A DNA stretch of 64,000 bases from an uncultured Gammaproteobacteria bacterium (GCA_964485575.1 CAZAJO010000003.1:19722-83721); one strand, 5' to 3'; shown: positions 28,673 through 38,716, numbered from the stretch's first letter. Numbers and translations: made by a program. Notes: a model not told the origin generated them from the sequence alone.

Positions 28673-30655
28673 TTAATATCCCGCTTTGATTTCTTCCTGC
28701 GCAAATATTCCAAGCTCTTCTATTTTTTCTAAATAATTTATGACCGTGCTTACAAATTCGGAATGACTCCAGGTCAATGGTGTTGCCGACAGATGCGCAC
28801 CGGTCACTGCATCTATCTGTTCTGGAAGTATCCCAGTCGACCCGGCCTGCTTTACAACCCACGTCAAAATTTCTTTAACCTTATCAAAATCCTTCTCTTC
28901 TTTTGCGGCAATTACATAATATTGAGCCAACCACAGCGTAGTGATAATCCACGGGTTTCCCGGAACATCGTGGGATGATTTGTGGTATGCATCATTTTCG
29001 TACCGTGGAATTCCACCAACCGGAATTTTTTTAGAAATCTCCTCCATAGTTTTTATCGAAGCAACTACCATGGGATCATGTGCATCCAAAACTCTAAACC
29101 GAAAGATCCCATAAATACTTGATATATCCATTGTTTCATCATAGATTGGGTAGCCATCTTCAAAATTAACCATTTTATAAAACATTTTTTTATCTTCGCT
29201 CCATAAGTATTTTATGACAGCCTCTTTTACTTTTTCGCCAGTCGTGATGTATTTTTTTTCGTGCTCAACCTTTCCTAGTAATTTAGAGAATTTGCCGGCA
29301 GCCATGAGTGCCCCATATACACTTGATGCCGTGAATGTAGATACTCCAAATTTTTCCTCCCACAAATCATAACTTGGTTTTGGAAGACCAGTTTCTGTAT
29401 TTACATAACTTACGATAAAATCAGCAGCTTTCTTAATAAGTGAGTTATAAATTGACTCAATAAATTCAAGATCTTTAGAGAATTCATAATGCTTCCATAA
29501 TGAATAAATTACTAGCGCAGTTTCGTCTTCTTGGATAGGAAATTGAGGCTTGTTTTTATATACCCATGAATGCCATGAACTCCCCAATGACTTATCCGGC
29601 CGGTATTTATGCATGAAATAACCATCTTTTGTAATGACATCGTTACAGAAATCAAAAAACCTTTTTGCTACGTTATAATCTCCAGCCTTATCAAGAGCAA
29701 TTGCTGAAAGAGCACCATCTCGAGGCCACATGTAACTATACGCATCCCTTCCGTATTGCAGGAGCGTCGAATCACCTGAAGCAAGAATCGAACCATTATC
29801 ATCAACATGAGCCCTCAAAATCAAAAGTGATTTCTTGAAAAGATCAACTACCTCGTCCTCTAGGTGGTAGAAATTAAAGTTCCTGTTGTTGAGCCAGGCA
29901 TGCCAAAAATCCTTCGTAGTCTTTATGAGATAAGAGAGAGATCTGTCTTTTACGTATTCATTAATATCATCTGCATCCTGGATGGTTTTTGCGATTGCTA
30001 TCCAATAATCAACTGTCTTTGAAGTGTTCGGCTCTATATCAAGATAAATCCCAATAACAGAATCTGTTTTCCCATGTTCTATGGAATTTTTGGAAAGTGC
30101 TCCATCTTCAGCATCTTTGTGACTTCCTTCTTTGCCTTCTATCCCAAATATCCCGATTGTGTAATCATCAAATCCTTTGCCGTCACACTCGGTACTTATC
30201 AGAAATACACGTCTTCCTTTATAGTGGATTACGACGTTCTTTTCTAGATCGTAGTATGCGGTATCCCCTCGGTGAGACTCGTAGATTTCGAATTCATGAC
30301 TAATATACAGCTTTATTTGACGCTTATGGTCCCGAAGATTTTTGACGATTATCTGCCTCATGAAGATATTCTTTTCGTTATAAAGAACGTCTTCGAAATG
30401 TAATTCTACCCCCAATTCTTCGCTAACAGCCGTTATCTCACCTGACATCGTCTCTTCACCAGAACCGGTTGTAACATTCCATTTACTATCTGACAACCAT
30501 CCAAATTTCCCATCAACCCACACTCCTACCCTGTGACGGAATCTTCCTCCTACATGGTTTTCAAGTCCCACAAAAGGAAAATATAGGTCACGCAATTCGG
30601 CATTTTTATCAATACCAATTAGTGTGCTTCCGTTTCCAAGAACTATATCTGGCAT
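28673..30655 (-). CDS. Glycoside hydrolase family 15 (glucoamylase-like)
   Basis: WPRDG, QEDET, DLWEE, LPEQ, PLTWSH. Confidence 0.92.
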   Translation of the reverse strand: MPDIVLGNGSTLIGIDKNAELRDLYFPFVGLENHVGGRFRHRVGVWVDGKFGWLSDSKWNVTTGSGEETMSGEITAVSEELGVELHFEDVLYNEKNIFMRQIIVKNLRDHKRQIKLYISHEFEIYESHRGDTAYYDLEKNVVIHYKGRRVFLISTECDGKGFDDYTIGIFGIEGKEGSHKDAEDGALSKNSIEHGKTDSVIGIYLDIEPNTSKTVDYWIAIAKTIQDADDINEYVKDRSLSYLIKTTKDFWHAWLNNRNFNFYHLEDEVVDLFKKSLLILRAHVDDNGSILASGDSTLLQYGRDAYSYMWPRDGALSAIALDKAGDYNVAKRFFDFCNDVITKDGYFMHKYRPDKSLGSSWHSWVYKNKPQFPIQEDETALVIYSLWKHYEFSKDLEFIESIYNSLIKKAADFIVSYVNTETGLPKPSYDLWEEKFGVSTFTASSVYGALMAAGKFSKLLGKVEHEKKYITTGEKVKEAVIKYLWSEDKKMFYKMVNFEDGYPIYDETMDISSIYGIFRFRVLDAHDPMVVASIKTMEEISKKIPVGGIPRYENDAYHKSSHDVPGNPWIITTLWLAQYYVIAAKEEKDFDKVKEILTWVVKQAGSTGILPEQIDAVTGAHLSATPLTWSHSEFVSTVINYLEKIEELGIFAQEEIKAGY

Positions 30656-30658
30656 ACC

Positions 30659-31882
30659 TTAGTTGGGTGTGCCTGCCACTTCATGAGCTGCCTGAGCTTT
30701 TTGACTAAGTCTCAGTTGGATATCATTCAAAACATTCATAAAGGCGATAAATGCGTCATACGGAGTGTCGTAGGGGTTAAAGTATTTATGAACATCTCCA
30801 TCAGAAAACCACTTAGTACACATGTAATAGAAGTGGTCTGATGTAGTCATCTTTCTCCAGTCATGGATAAGTATCGGATCTTCTGATTTTAATACTTGTT
30901 GTTCTAACCGGAAGAGTTTTTCCATAGCATCCTTCTGTATATCATTTGACATCCATGCCGATAGATCTCTTTCAGTGTCTGCCCATGAAATATAGTATGG
31001 GATAGATAAGGTTTGGACTGCAGGAAGCGTATCAATTGCCTCAGAGGGAGTTACAAACTTATTGTGTGGATTTTTTAAAACTTCTTCTGGAAATTTCTTG
31101 AGAAATTCAAATATTCCACTGTCTTCCCACTGATGCTCACCAAATGTTTCATAGTCCATGAAAAGATTAATGACATCTCCCTGGGGAACGCTTAACCACT
31201 GCGCATACTTATCAACGGTCAGAGGGTGTTCTTTCCAGGTCTTCTCTGAAAATCTAAAGGCTACATCATCAGATAACTTGTAATTTTTTAATAAAAGCTT
31301 TAGATTTTCTGTACCAGCGGCACGGTAGATGTAATTAGGACTTTGCCATCCCAAAATTTTATCCGCTCCTTCGGTTAATATCCCTTTATATCCTAATTTT
31401 TCTACAACACTTCCTATCCAGTCGTTGTAGATAAGCTCAGTATTTCTAAATACTGTTGGAACAACTCCAAAAACTTCTTCCACTTTTTTCCTATGTAAAT
31501 TTATCTGGCTTATGTATTCTTCTTCAGAGTATAAAAATGAAAGTGAATGATAGTACGTTTCATCTAGTAACTCGACTCTTCCGGTAGCTATTAGCTCTTT
31601 AAATGATTCAATGACTTCTGGCATATATTCTTCGGCCTGCTCTATAAATACGCCTGACAATGAAAAGGCTATTTTAAACTCTGGATGCTTTTTAAGAAGA
31701 TCTAAATATGTTTTATTGGCAGGAAGATAGCATTTATTTGCAACTTTAGTAAAAACCTTTTTGTTATTAAGATCCGTTTGATCATCTGCATCGAAATACT
31801 TATTACTTCGACCAATATCAAAAATGCGGTATTTCTTTATCCTGTATGGTTGGTGTACCTGAAAGTACATGCAAATATTCAT
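30659..31882 (-). CDS. Glycoside hydrolase family 57 (alpha-amylase-like)
   Basis: HQP, ETYYHSL, FRNTEL, MDYETFGEH. Confidence 0.93.
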   Translation of the reverse strand: MNICMYFQVHQPYRIKKYRIFDIGRSNKYFDADDQTDLNNKKVFTKVANKCYLPANKTYLDLLKKHPEFKIAFSLSGVFIEQAEEYMPEVIESFKELIATGRVELLDETYYHSLSFLYSEEEYISQINLHRKKVEEVFGVVPTVFRNTELIYNDWIGSVVEKLGYKGILTEGADKILGWQSPNYIYRAAGTENLKLLLKNYKLSDDVAFRFSEKTWKEHPLTVDKYAQWLSVPQGDVINLFMDYETFGEHQWEDSGIFEFLKKFPEEVLKNPHNKFVTPSEAIDTLPAVQTLSIPYYISWADTERDLSAWMSNDIQKDAMEKLFRLEQQVLKSEDPILIHDWRKMTTSDHFYYMCTKWFSDGDVHKYFNPYDTPYDAFIAFMNVLNDIQLRLSQKAQAAHEVAGTPN

Positions 31883-31884
31883 AA

Positions 31885-33084
31885 TTAATGTACTAATGTC
31901 TTATAAAGATTTAGAGTTTCGTTTGCTGCCGTGTCCCAAGAAAATGTCCCTACCTCATCCCTTCCGTTTGCCTGAAGCACGGACTTAAGGGACTGATATG
32001 ATATCACCGATAATATTTTGTTAGCCATCTCATCAGTGTCCCAAAAATCTACTTTCAATGCATTCTGTACTATCTCTGATACACCAGACTGCTTTGAAAT
32101 AATAACAGGTGTTCCATGAATAATCGATTCCAAAGCCGCTATACCAAATGGCTCACTTACTGATGGCATAACAAAAACATCTGCTAACTTGAAAATGCTT
32201 CTCAATTCTTCCCCTCTTAAAAATCCAGTAAATAGAACTTTATCTGAGATTCCAAGAGAAGCGGCAAGATTGATCATCTTATACTCCATATCTCCTGATC
32301 CAGCCATAACAAAAAGAACATTTTGATCATAATCTAAGACTTTTCTTGCAGCATCCAAGAAATATTCAGGCCCTTTTTGTAGAGTTATCCTTCCTGCGTA
32401 TAGAACGATTTTCTTCCCATCCATTTTAAGTTGAAATATGCGCTCATCCACCGGTTGGTTGTATTCATCTGCATTAATCCTATTGTGTATTGCATACACT
32501 TTTGACGGTGAGATACCGTAATGTTCTTCTATTATTCTTTTAGTAAGATTACTGACGCCAACCACCTTATCTGCAAGTTCCATACCTCTTTTTTCTATAT
32601 CATAGACCGCCTGATTTAGATTTTGACCACCGCATCTATCATATTCAGTTGAGTGCAACTGAACGATCAATGGTTTACCACTTACCTCCTTAGCAGCTAT
32701 TCCAGCTTCAAATGAAAGCCAGTCATGGGCATGAATCACATCAAACTCTTCTCTTTCGGCAATTTTTCGCGCTTCAAGAGCATATCTTTTTACCTCAGAG
32801 AACAAATCATTTCCATAAAGAGTAACATCCTCTTCCATTCGTGCATATTCTGCAGAGGTCAGATATGGTCTCAATGGTGAGTCAATAATGGTGACTTTTA
32901 TGTTATTGGCAAAAAGAAGCTTTAGAAAGCTTGCATCTACCTCAACTTTGCGTGGCAAAACAAATGTTATATCAACATTTTTTGCTAAAGCCTTTGAAAG
33001 TCCGTAGCATGCCACCCCAAGACCACCACTATTAAATGGGGGTAATTCCCAGCCAAACATGAGCACTTTCAATCTTTTTTCCAT
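31885..33084 (-). CDS. Glycosyltransferase family 4 (glycogen synthase-like)
   Basis: GWELPP..SGGLG, HAHDW, PSVSEPFGI..LE. Confidence 0.92.
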   Translation of the reverse strand: MEKRLKVLMFGWELPPFNSGGLGVACYGLSKALAKNVDITFVLPRKVEVDASFLKLLFANNIKVTIIDSPLRPYLTSAEYARMEEDVTLYGNDLFSEVKRYALEARKIAEREEFDVIHAHDWLSFEAGIAAKEVSGKPLIVQLHSTEYDRCGGQNLNQAVYDIEKRGMELADKVVGVSNLTKRIIEEHYGISPSKVYAIHNRINADEYNQPVDERIFQLKMDGKKIVLYAGRITLQKGPEYFLDAARKVLDYDQNVLFVMAGSGDMEYKMINLAASLGISDKVLFTGFLRGEELRSIFKLADVFVMPSVSEPFGIAALESIIHGTPVIISKQSGVSEIVQNALKVDFWDTDEMANKILSVISYQSLKSVLQANGRDEVGTFSWDTAANETLNLYKTLVH

Positions 33085-33161
33085 ACCAGATTATTTCAGG
33101 CCATAAGCCCTCTAATTTAATTATGTAAGAAAAAATGGGTAAAAACAATGACTCAAATCAC

Positions 33162-33217
33162 AGCAAAATGACTATGAGTCATCAAGTCATTTTGCTTGCT
33201 GAATTAGCAAAATGACT
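33162..33217. promoter_or_regulatory. Three alternating-orientation copies of AGCAAAATGACT between divergent genes
   Basis: 33162-33173 (+), 33185-33196 (reverse complement), 33206-33217 (+). Confidence 0.5.
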
Positions 33218-33261
33218 AAAGGAGTAAGTGTAGAATTTTTCCGTATCCGTCTATACAATTA

Positions 33262-34260
33262 TTGTACATGAAAAAAGTAGTAAGAGTTCTTTCAATTGAT
33301 GGAGGTGGAGTTAGAGGGATTATTCCGGCCATAGTTCTTGCAGAAATTGAATCAAGAACTGGCAAACCGATTGCTGAACTTTTTGACCTTATTGGTGGAG
33401 CATCTACTGGTGGAATTCTAGCACTGGGCCTTACCGCTCCTGATCAGAATGGAAAACCTAAATTTACCGCTACTCAAATGGTCGATTTTTATGTATCAAA
33501 GCTTGGTAGTATCTTTTATTCTTCACTTTTCAGACGTATATTCTTTTTTCTGGATTTCTTTCGCCCTAAATATTCACCATCTGGGCTTGAAGAGAACACG
33601 GAAAAGCTCGTTGGCAACACAAAGCTCTCAGATGCGATAACAGAAGTACTCGTTCCTGCCTACGAAATAGAAAAAGGTAAGGCAGTATTTTTCAAAAGTA
33701 AAAATGTCAAAAATGACAAACAAGAAGACTTTTATATGAAAGATATAGTTCGGGCAACGTCCGCTGCACCCACTTTCTTTCCGGCCGCAAAGATCAAACC
33801 AGTTGAGGGAGAAAACACTTATTACATGATCGATGGGAGCACATTTGCCAGCGATCCCTCTATGTGTGCTTATGCTGAAGCAAAAAACATCTACCCTGAG
33901 ATGGAGAGCGTAATACTTGTCTCATTAGGCACTGGAAGACACTCAAAAACAATCCCGTATAGAAAGGCGAGACTTTGGGGCTCACTTTTTTGGGCAGTAC
34001 CAGTGTTAAATATTCTATTCGATGGCATGCCAGATACGGTAGACTATCAACTCAAAAAAATATTGAATGTCAATTCTCCCCACCAACAGTATTTCTTCCG
34101 TTTGCAAGTTGAACTTGATGGGACAAACGATTCATTGGATGATGCAAGCAGTCAGAACCTAAAAAAACTTAGAGGGCTAGCAGAAAAAATGATCGAAGAT
34201 CAGACTACTCTCATTGATGAGATGTGTAGAATACTTACAGATAAGACCTTAGGAGAGTAA
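33262..34260 (+). CDS. Patatin-like phospholipase
   Basis: DGGGVRG, GASTG, SAAPTFF, DG motif. Confidence 0.92.
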   Translation: MYMKKVVRVLSIDGGGVRGIIPAIVLAEIESRTGKPIAELFDLIGGASTGGILALGLTAPDQNGKPKFTATQMVDFYVSKLGSIFYSSLFRRIFFFLDFFRPKYSPSGLEENTEKLVGNTKLSDAITEVLVPAYEIEKGKAVFFKSKNVKNDKQEDFYMKDIVRATSAAPTFFPAAKIKPVEGENTYYMIDGSTFASDPSMCAYAEAKNIYPEMESVILVSLGTGRHSKTIPYRKARLWGSLFWAVPVLNILFDGMPDTVDYQLKKILNVNSPHQQYFFRLQVELDGTNDSLDDASSQNLKKLRGLAEKMIEDQTTLIDEMCRILTDKTLGE

Positions 34261-34608
34261 TTCTATTTTTGAAGCCATAATGAAGTCATTAGTAGATAAC
34301 CCTTTGATTGCGTGAGTTGTTAAAAATATATCAACTTTATTGTAATAAATTGTAATATCTGGGTGGTGTCCTTGTTCTTCAGCCACTTCCGCTACTTTGT
34401 TCACAAAAACCATTGCTTGCCTAAAATCTTTAAATTTAAATTGTTTTTTAATTGATTTTGAGTCAGTTGAAACTTGCCAAGGAGTTTTAAGGTATGAAAT
34501 ATAGATCTTTATTTCATCACCCCTCATGGGTTCTACTCCACCCTCACAAGGAACACAGTGCCCTTTTACTAAATGAGAATTGTTCATAATATTAACCGAT
34601 TCTAGCAC
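34249..34608 (-). CDS. Pterin-4-alpha-carbinolamine dehydratase
   Basis: CVPCEGG, AEEQGHHPD, TH. Confidence 0.9.
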   Translation of the reverse strand: MLESVNIMNNSHLVKGHCVPCEGGVEPMRGDEIKIYISYLKTPWQVSTDSKSIKKQFKFKDFRQAMVFVNKVAEVAEEQGHHPDITIYYNKVDIFLTTHAIKGLSTNDFIMASKIELLS

Positions 34609-35377
34609 CCTTTGTTTTTTTGAGTCTTACCATTTTGTGCTTTATAGCTCTATGGGGATAGAACTTCTCTTTACCTATAGCAATCAATGTGTCATTGAAG
34701 ACGTCAAATTCTAATTTTTCTTCTTGTATTTTATTTGAATCAATTTCATCAAGAAGCAACAACGAACCAATAACAGTTACTGAAAATATTGCAGCCGAAA
34801 TTTGTGAAACCAATGTCTCATCACGACCAAGAAAAAGTGCACAAATTATGATAAAGCCTAATATTAATAACATCGCCCATTCGGGAGGATCGACGTCACG
34901 GGGAGCCACTTGAGCTATTTGGTTGCGGGTGGCAGGCAAATAATACATCGACTCATGCATGTAGGCAATGGCATTGGATTCAGCCTCAGTTGTAGGTTTT
35001 GCTTTTCTTAAGGGTTCAAAAATCGCAAAAAACTCCTTGTTTGTTGCTTTTACGTACTGTGTCAGAGGATACTTTATTGCTAAGATCAAATACTGCTCGA
35101 TTCTATCTTCGATTTCTTTTGCAATATCCTTTGGAAGTATCTGAGACAGATTCCACAAAGCAAGAATGCTTGCTGATTCTGCAGAGACGAGGGATTTTAA
35201 TGATGCAAAATTCTGAAGAACTACAGCTGCTTCAAAACCGTAAAAAATACCGTACAAGAAAGTGGCAGATGCTAAAATACCATCAATGTTGTCGACTTTT
35301 ACAATCGGCAAGACCATTGCAAGCCATAATAAAATTAACCCCGATAATATCAGCTTTGAAAACAAACCAAACCTCAT
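34592..35377 (-). CDS. Hypothetical membrane protein (possibly DUF4239-like)
   Basis: Two pairs of TM helices separated by a helical loop. Confidence 0.55.
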   Translation of the reverse strand: MRFGLFSKLILSGLILLWLAMVLPIVKVDNIDGILASATFLYGIFYGFEAAVVLQNFASLKSLVSAESASILALWNLSQILPKDIAKEIEDRIEQYLILAIKYPLTQYVKATNKEFFAIFEPLRKAKPTTEAESNAIAYMHESMYYLPATRNQIAQVAPRDVDPPEWAMLLILGFIIICALFLGRDETLVSQISAAIFSVTVIGSLLLLDEIDSNKIQEEKLEFDVFNDTLIAIGKEKFYPHRAIKHKMVRLKKTKGARIG

Positions 35378-35408
35378 ATTTTAATTAAGGATAATTTGAG
35401 GGAATAAG

Positions 35409-35993
35409 TCAAGAGTTCTGAGGTATGAATTTAAATGTCTCAAGCGCTTTATTAATTGAGGATTTGTTATTGGGAGACAACGTTTCACTGTAAAAATTGA
35501 TAAGAAAAAGTGTACCGGCTTTATCTGTACAATATTGCCTTACGTACCAAAATCTTTGACCGGAAGGTAAGGCAGGGCCGTCTAAATCTTGCTTCCAGAC
35601 AGTCTCTGTCCACTTGTTTTCACCAATTTCAAGCTGATTTTCACTTATTGGAGTTATCGGACTTGAGAAAGAAACATTTGTCTCTTTTGCCTTGAGATCA
35701 GGTCCACCAGATTTTTGAAGCTCAATAAAATCTGAGCATGTAATTTTATCCTGAGTAGTAATAAGTCCAGGAGATAGCTCCCCAATCTTTTTTTTGTTAA
35801 CGTCATAAATTGTTGATCCTTCTTGTTTCATGTCATCAGGCAATGTCATTGAATAACTATAACTGACAGTAGCAGAAGACGGAAACTCAGTGTCATCATT
35901 AATTGTTGGGGTGACGGCTTTATTTGGTCTTAGGAAATAGAATATAGCAAGAGAGACAATGACTATCAAAATTACAATCAGAATTTTTCTCAT
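35409..35993 (-). CDS. Hypothetical exported protein
   Basis: N-terminal signal anchor; ends ETFKF as in PsbP-like CPR surface proteins. Confidence 0.55.
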   Translation of the reverse strand: MRKILIVILIVIVSLAIFYFLRPNKAVTPTINDDTEFPSSATVSYSYSMTLPDDMKQEGSTIYDVNKKKIGELSPGLITTQDKITCSDFIELQKSGGPDLKAKETNVSFSSPITPISENQLEIGENKWTETVWKQDLDGPALPSGQRFWYVRQYCTDKAGTLFLINFYSETLSPNNKSSINKALETFKFIPQNS

Positions 35994-36021
35994 GAACTAA
36001 ATCAATTATACCACTCGAAAA

Positions 36022-36708
36022 CTAGATCAACATAGTTGTAGTTAAAAATCTACCTTCATTTTCCTTATTCCTGCTATCTCTGTAGTGTGAGAAGAAATTT
36101 GAATCACGAGCTGTATCAGTGGTATCAACTACAATATTTTCTGCTCTTACACCTTTAAGCAAAAGCTGCTGCATGTTCTCCCCGATAAGATCGTATCCAT
36201 TTGGATGTTCTTCAAGCATGTATGATTCTTTCTTGATTGAGGGTCCCATAAAAACTTTCAATTCATGAAGGTTGGTATCATATTCCCTTCTGAAAAAAGA
36301 TATCAGAATTTGAGAAAATCTACTTTCAGTATTTTTTCGGCTAATGTGCGCAAGACATAAAATCCCATTTGGTCTATCAAATATAATTGCTGGAATACAG
36401 TCTGCAGTAAGAAGTCCTACTGCTAGATTTTTCTCTCGGGTCACGATTGCATCGGCTTTGATAGCAGAGGCTGCCGAATTAATCCCTGTTCCCCCCAGGC
36501 TTGAGGATGCTTCAATTATTTTTGTCCCATGCTGTACTTCAATTATGATTGCTCTTTCGGTAGGAATTCTAATGTCAGTAAAAAACTTCTTCCTGTTAGA
36601 TAAAACCTCTTCACGCTCTCCATATACATAGGACATATTCCCTTCATCTTTTGTTGAGATATGGTGTCTTACAAATCTGTTTGTCAGTAATTGTGGAATA
36701 AAATACAT
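36022..36708 (-). CDS. YfiH/PgeF-family (laccase-domain) protein
   Basis: QHG, ADAIVT, LTADCIP, MGPSI, FFSHYR. Confidence 0.9.
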   Translation of the reverse strand: MYFIPQLLTNRFVRHHISTKDEGNMSYVYGEREEVLSNRKKFFTDIRIPTERAIIIEVQHGTKIIEASSSLGGTGINSAASAIKADAIVTREKNLAVGLLTADCIPAIIFDRPNGILCLAHISRKNTESRFSQILISFFRREYDTNLHELKVFMGPSIKKESYMLEEHPNGYDLIGENMQQLLLKGVRAENIVVDTTDTARDSNFFSHYRDSRNKENEGRFLTTTMLI

Positions 36709-36727
36709 GTTTGATTTATTGAAACTT

Positions 36728-36816
36728 TGTCGAGCTCTACCAAAAAGTTAGAACTCTTCTTTATTAGCTCGCCCCTTCGGGGCTCGCAATGTTTCGCGGC
36801 GTGTGCGGGCGCCGCG
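36728..36816 (+). repeat. Left arm A (89 bp), perfect inverted repeat of 47486-47574
   Basis: Base-by-base comparison TGTCGAGCTCTACC...GGGCGCCGCG. Confidence 0.95.
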
Positions 36817-37375
36817 AGAAAGTTATCATAATTATTTTTAGCGCGCGCAGTACAAAGAAATTTTTTTATATTTGTCCTTGTCCCGCCACCCGTACGCGGA
36901 CAAATCATAATTTGAAATTATTGTATCCCTTTAAAAAAGAAAACAAACAACGTTTGTCTCATCCTATAAATCCCACCCACCCAAGAAATATTGTGGCGGC
37001 GACCCCTTCCTTTGGGCGCAGGTCGCGCTAAGGCGCAACTCGCCAAAGTTTTGCCAGTTTTTAAAACCTCTAACAATCTCTTCCGGAGAAAATTTCCATT
37101 TAATACGGAAGCGCCGTCGGAGGGGTGTCCGCTTATTCGCCCCCGCCTTTTTTATTCTATCCCTCCTGTTTTACTTTCTTTGGGAAGACACATAATGACT
37201 CGTGCCGATGCTTTCTAAGACCCGAAGGATTTGCAATCGGCACTCGTGTGGGAGAAAAATACTTTGTAAAGTTCTTCCTAAGTCAACCGCTACCAGAAAA
37301 GTATTTTTCTCTTTTTAGGGCGCAATTCCAGACGGAGCGGGGGCGGCGGAGCCGCCAGGGAAAAGAAAAAAATAT

Positions 37376-37566
37376 TGTGGACCACAGAAGAACTGTGGAT
37401 GAATTTTTGAAATCCACAGATTGCCACAGTTTAGCCTCAACCTATCCACAGCTTGTGGACATCCACAGTCCTGTGGGTTTTACAAAAAACTTGAGGCTAT
37501 TTTTTTACATGTCTTGTGGGTACCCTGTGGGTTTTTGAAGCAAGATTTCCAAAACATCAACCCACA
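37376..37566. promoter_or_regulatory. Cluster of DnaA-box-like CCACA/TGTGG motifs (origin-like)
   Basis: 12 CCACA/TGTGG cores in ~190 bp, including CTATCCACA and TGTGGATGA (1 mismatch each from TTATCCACA). Confidence 0.55.
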
Positions 37567-38108
37567 GAAAAGTCGATTTTTGGAATTCCCGACTCTGCGA
37601 TATTGCGCTCTATTTGTTGTCTCATATTTTTTGCATCCTCAAATTCCTTTCCTCTGGCCGCTGTCCTCTGAAGTAAAAGATCATTGCTAATTTGAAGGTC
37701 TACTATTAAATCCGCATCGAATACAATGGTTCCAAACACAGGCTCTCCAGGCCTTACTTTCACCCGTTCTTTTGCTAATCGTTCCATAGTTCTACCAATG
37801 TCTTCTGTCCATGGTTGCTGTTCGACATACACAGTTTCTTCAGGTGTTAGTTGGGGAAATATCAACTCGTCCATATCATGCGCACCAATGATGCTTTGGA
37901 GTAGAGTGGATTTACCGGTGCAAGTAGTACCGACCACAACGACCCGTTTGTCTTTATTCAGGTCAAGCACCGCTTGGAGTTTGTTTGCCAACTCTGATTT
38001 TTCACTGGGTATTTGGGAAACTTCTCTTTTAATTTTTTCTTCAGCCCTAGCTTTAACAATTTCAATTTGTATTCTTTGTCTTCTTAATTGTTCAAAAATG
38101 TTAGGCAT
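37557..38108 (-). CDS. P-loop kinase-like protein
   Basis: Walker A GTTCTGKST; nucleotide-kinase-like layout. Confidence 0.6.
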   Translation of the reverse strand: MPNIFEQLRRQRIQIEIVKARAEEKIKREVSQIPSEKSELANKLQAVLDLNKDKRVVVVGTTCTGKSTLLQSIIGAHDMDELIFPQLTPEETVYVEQQPWTEDIGRTMERLAKERVKVRPGEPVFGTIVFDADLIVDLQISNDLLLQRTAARGKEFEDAKNMRQQIERNIAESGIPKIDFSVG

Positions 38109-38111
38109 AGT

Positions 38112-38678
38112 TTATCGATTATTTTTTAAAATTTTACTATATATCAAATTTCTTATATAGTCTGCCTTGCTTATGTTTGATTGTTTTGATTGTTCAGAAA
38201 TAAATTTATACATCGAATCACTCATCATAAAATTAAACCTATTTGACAATATTTGTTTATTTGCAAAATTGAGATATTTATTGAATATTTCATTCAGTGT
38301 TTTTTTTGATTCTGGATTATACTGTTTAATCATTAGTAATCTGTTTGGATCTGCCAGGTATAAACCTGAATATCTTACTTGTGCTAAAAAGAGTGTTGGA
38401 ATTCCTTTTTGGAGTGCCTGAGACAATAAAAAACCAGCACCCGTACTTGAAATGGTTCCTTCAAAGACTAATCCATCGCATTTCAGCATCTCTTTAGAGA
38501 GCTTTTTGGCACGTTCTTCGAGCTCTTTTTCCGAAATAACACCCAGTTCGTGGGGCTCATCAAAAGAATGTTTAGAGAGTACCTCGTTTCCAAGAATTTC
38601 AAGCTCATCGACTATCTTACGATAATTGTTTTTTACTTTTGGATCAGACGATATACTTGCTAAGAAAAAAAGTTTCAT
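38112..38678 (-). CDS. Nucleoside 2-deoxyribosyltransferase-like domain with C-terminal ribbon-helix-helix
   Basis: KLFFLAS...CDGLVFEGTISSTGAGF...GIPTL; C-terminal RFNFMMSD...ISKADYIRNLI. Confidence 0.6.
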   Translation of the reverse strand: MKLFFLASISSDPKVKNNYRKIVDELEILGNEVLSKHSFDEPHELGVISEKELEERAKKLSKEMLKCDGLVFEGTISSTGAGFLLSQALQKGIPTLFLAQVRYSGLYLADPNRLLMIKQYNPESKKTLNEIFNKYLNFANKQILSNRFNFMMSDSMYKFISEQSKQSNISKADYIRNLIYSKILKNNR

Positions 38679-38688
38679 AGTGTTCTAC

Positions 38689-38716
38689 TTGATAAATTTT
38701 TTATTTGCCATATAAT
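38689..38716 (+). promoter_or_regulatory. Putative sigma70 promoter of the cargo operon
   Basis: TTGATA-N16-TATAAT upstream of ATG 38757. Confidence 0.5.

Noticed and set aside
33262-34260. Patatin as a CBASS effector
   Set aside because: No CD-NTase or Cap genes adjacent
37376-37566. CRISPR array or chromosomal oriC
   Set aside because: No constant-length repeat-spacer units or cas genes; no dnaA/dnaN nearby, and the cluster lies inside the mobile element
36684-37690. Short ORFs in the element's left end
   Set aside because: Overlapping, alternative starts, no recognisable motifs; better explained as structured non-coding DNA
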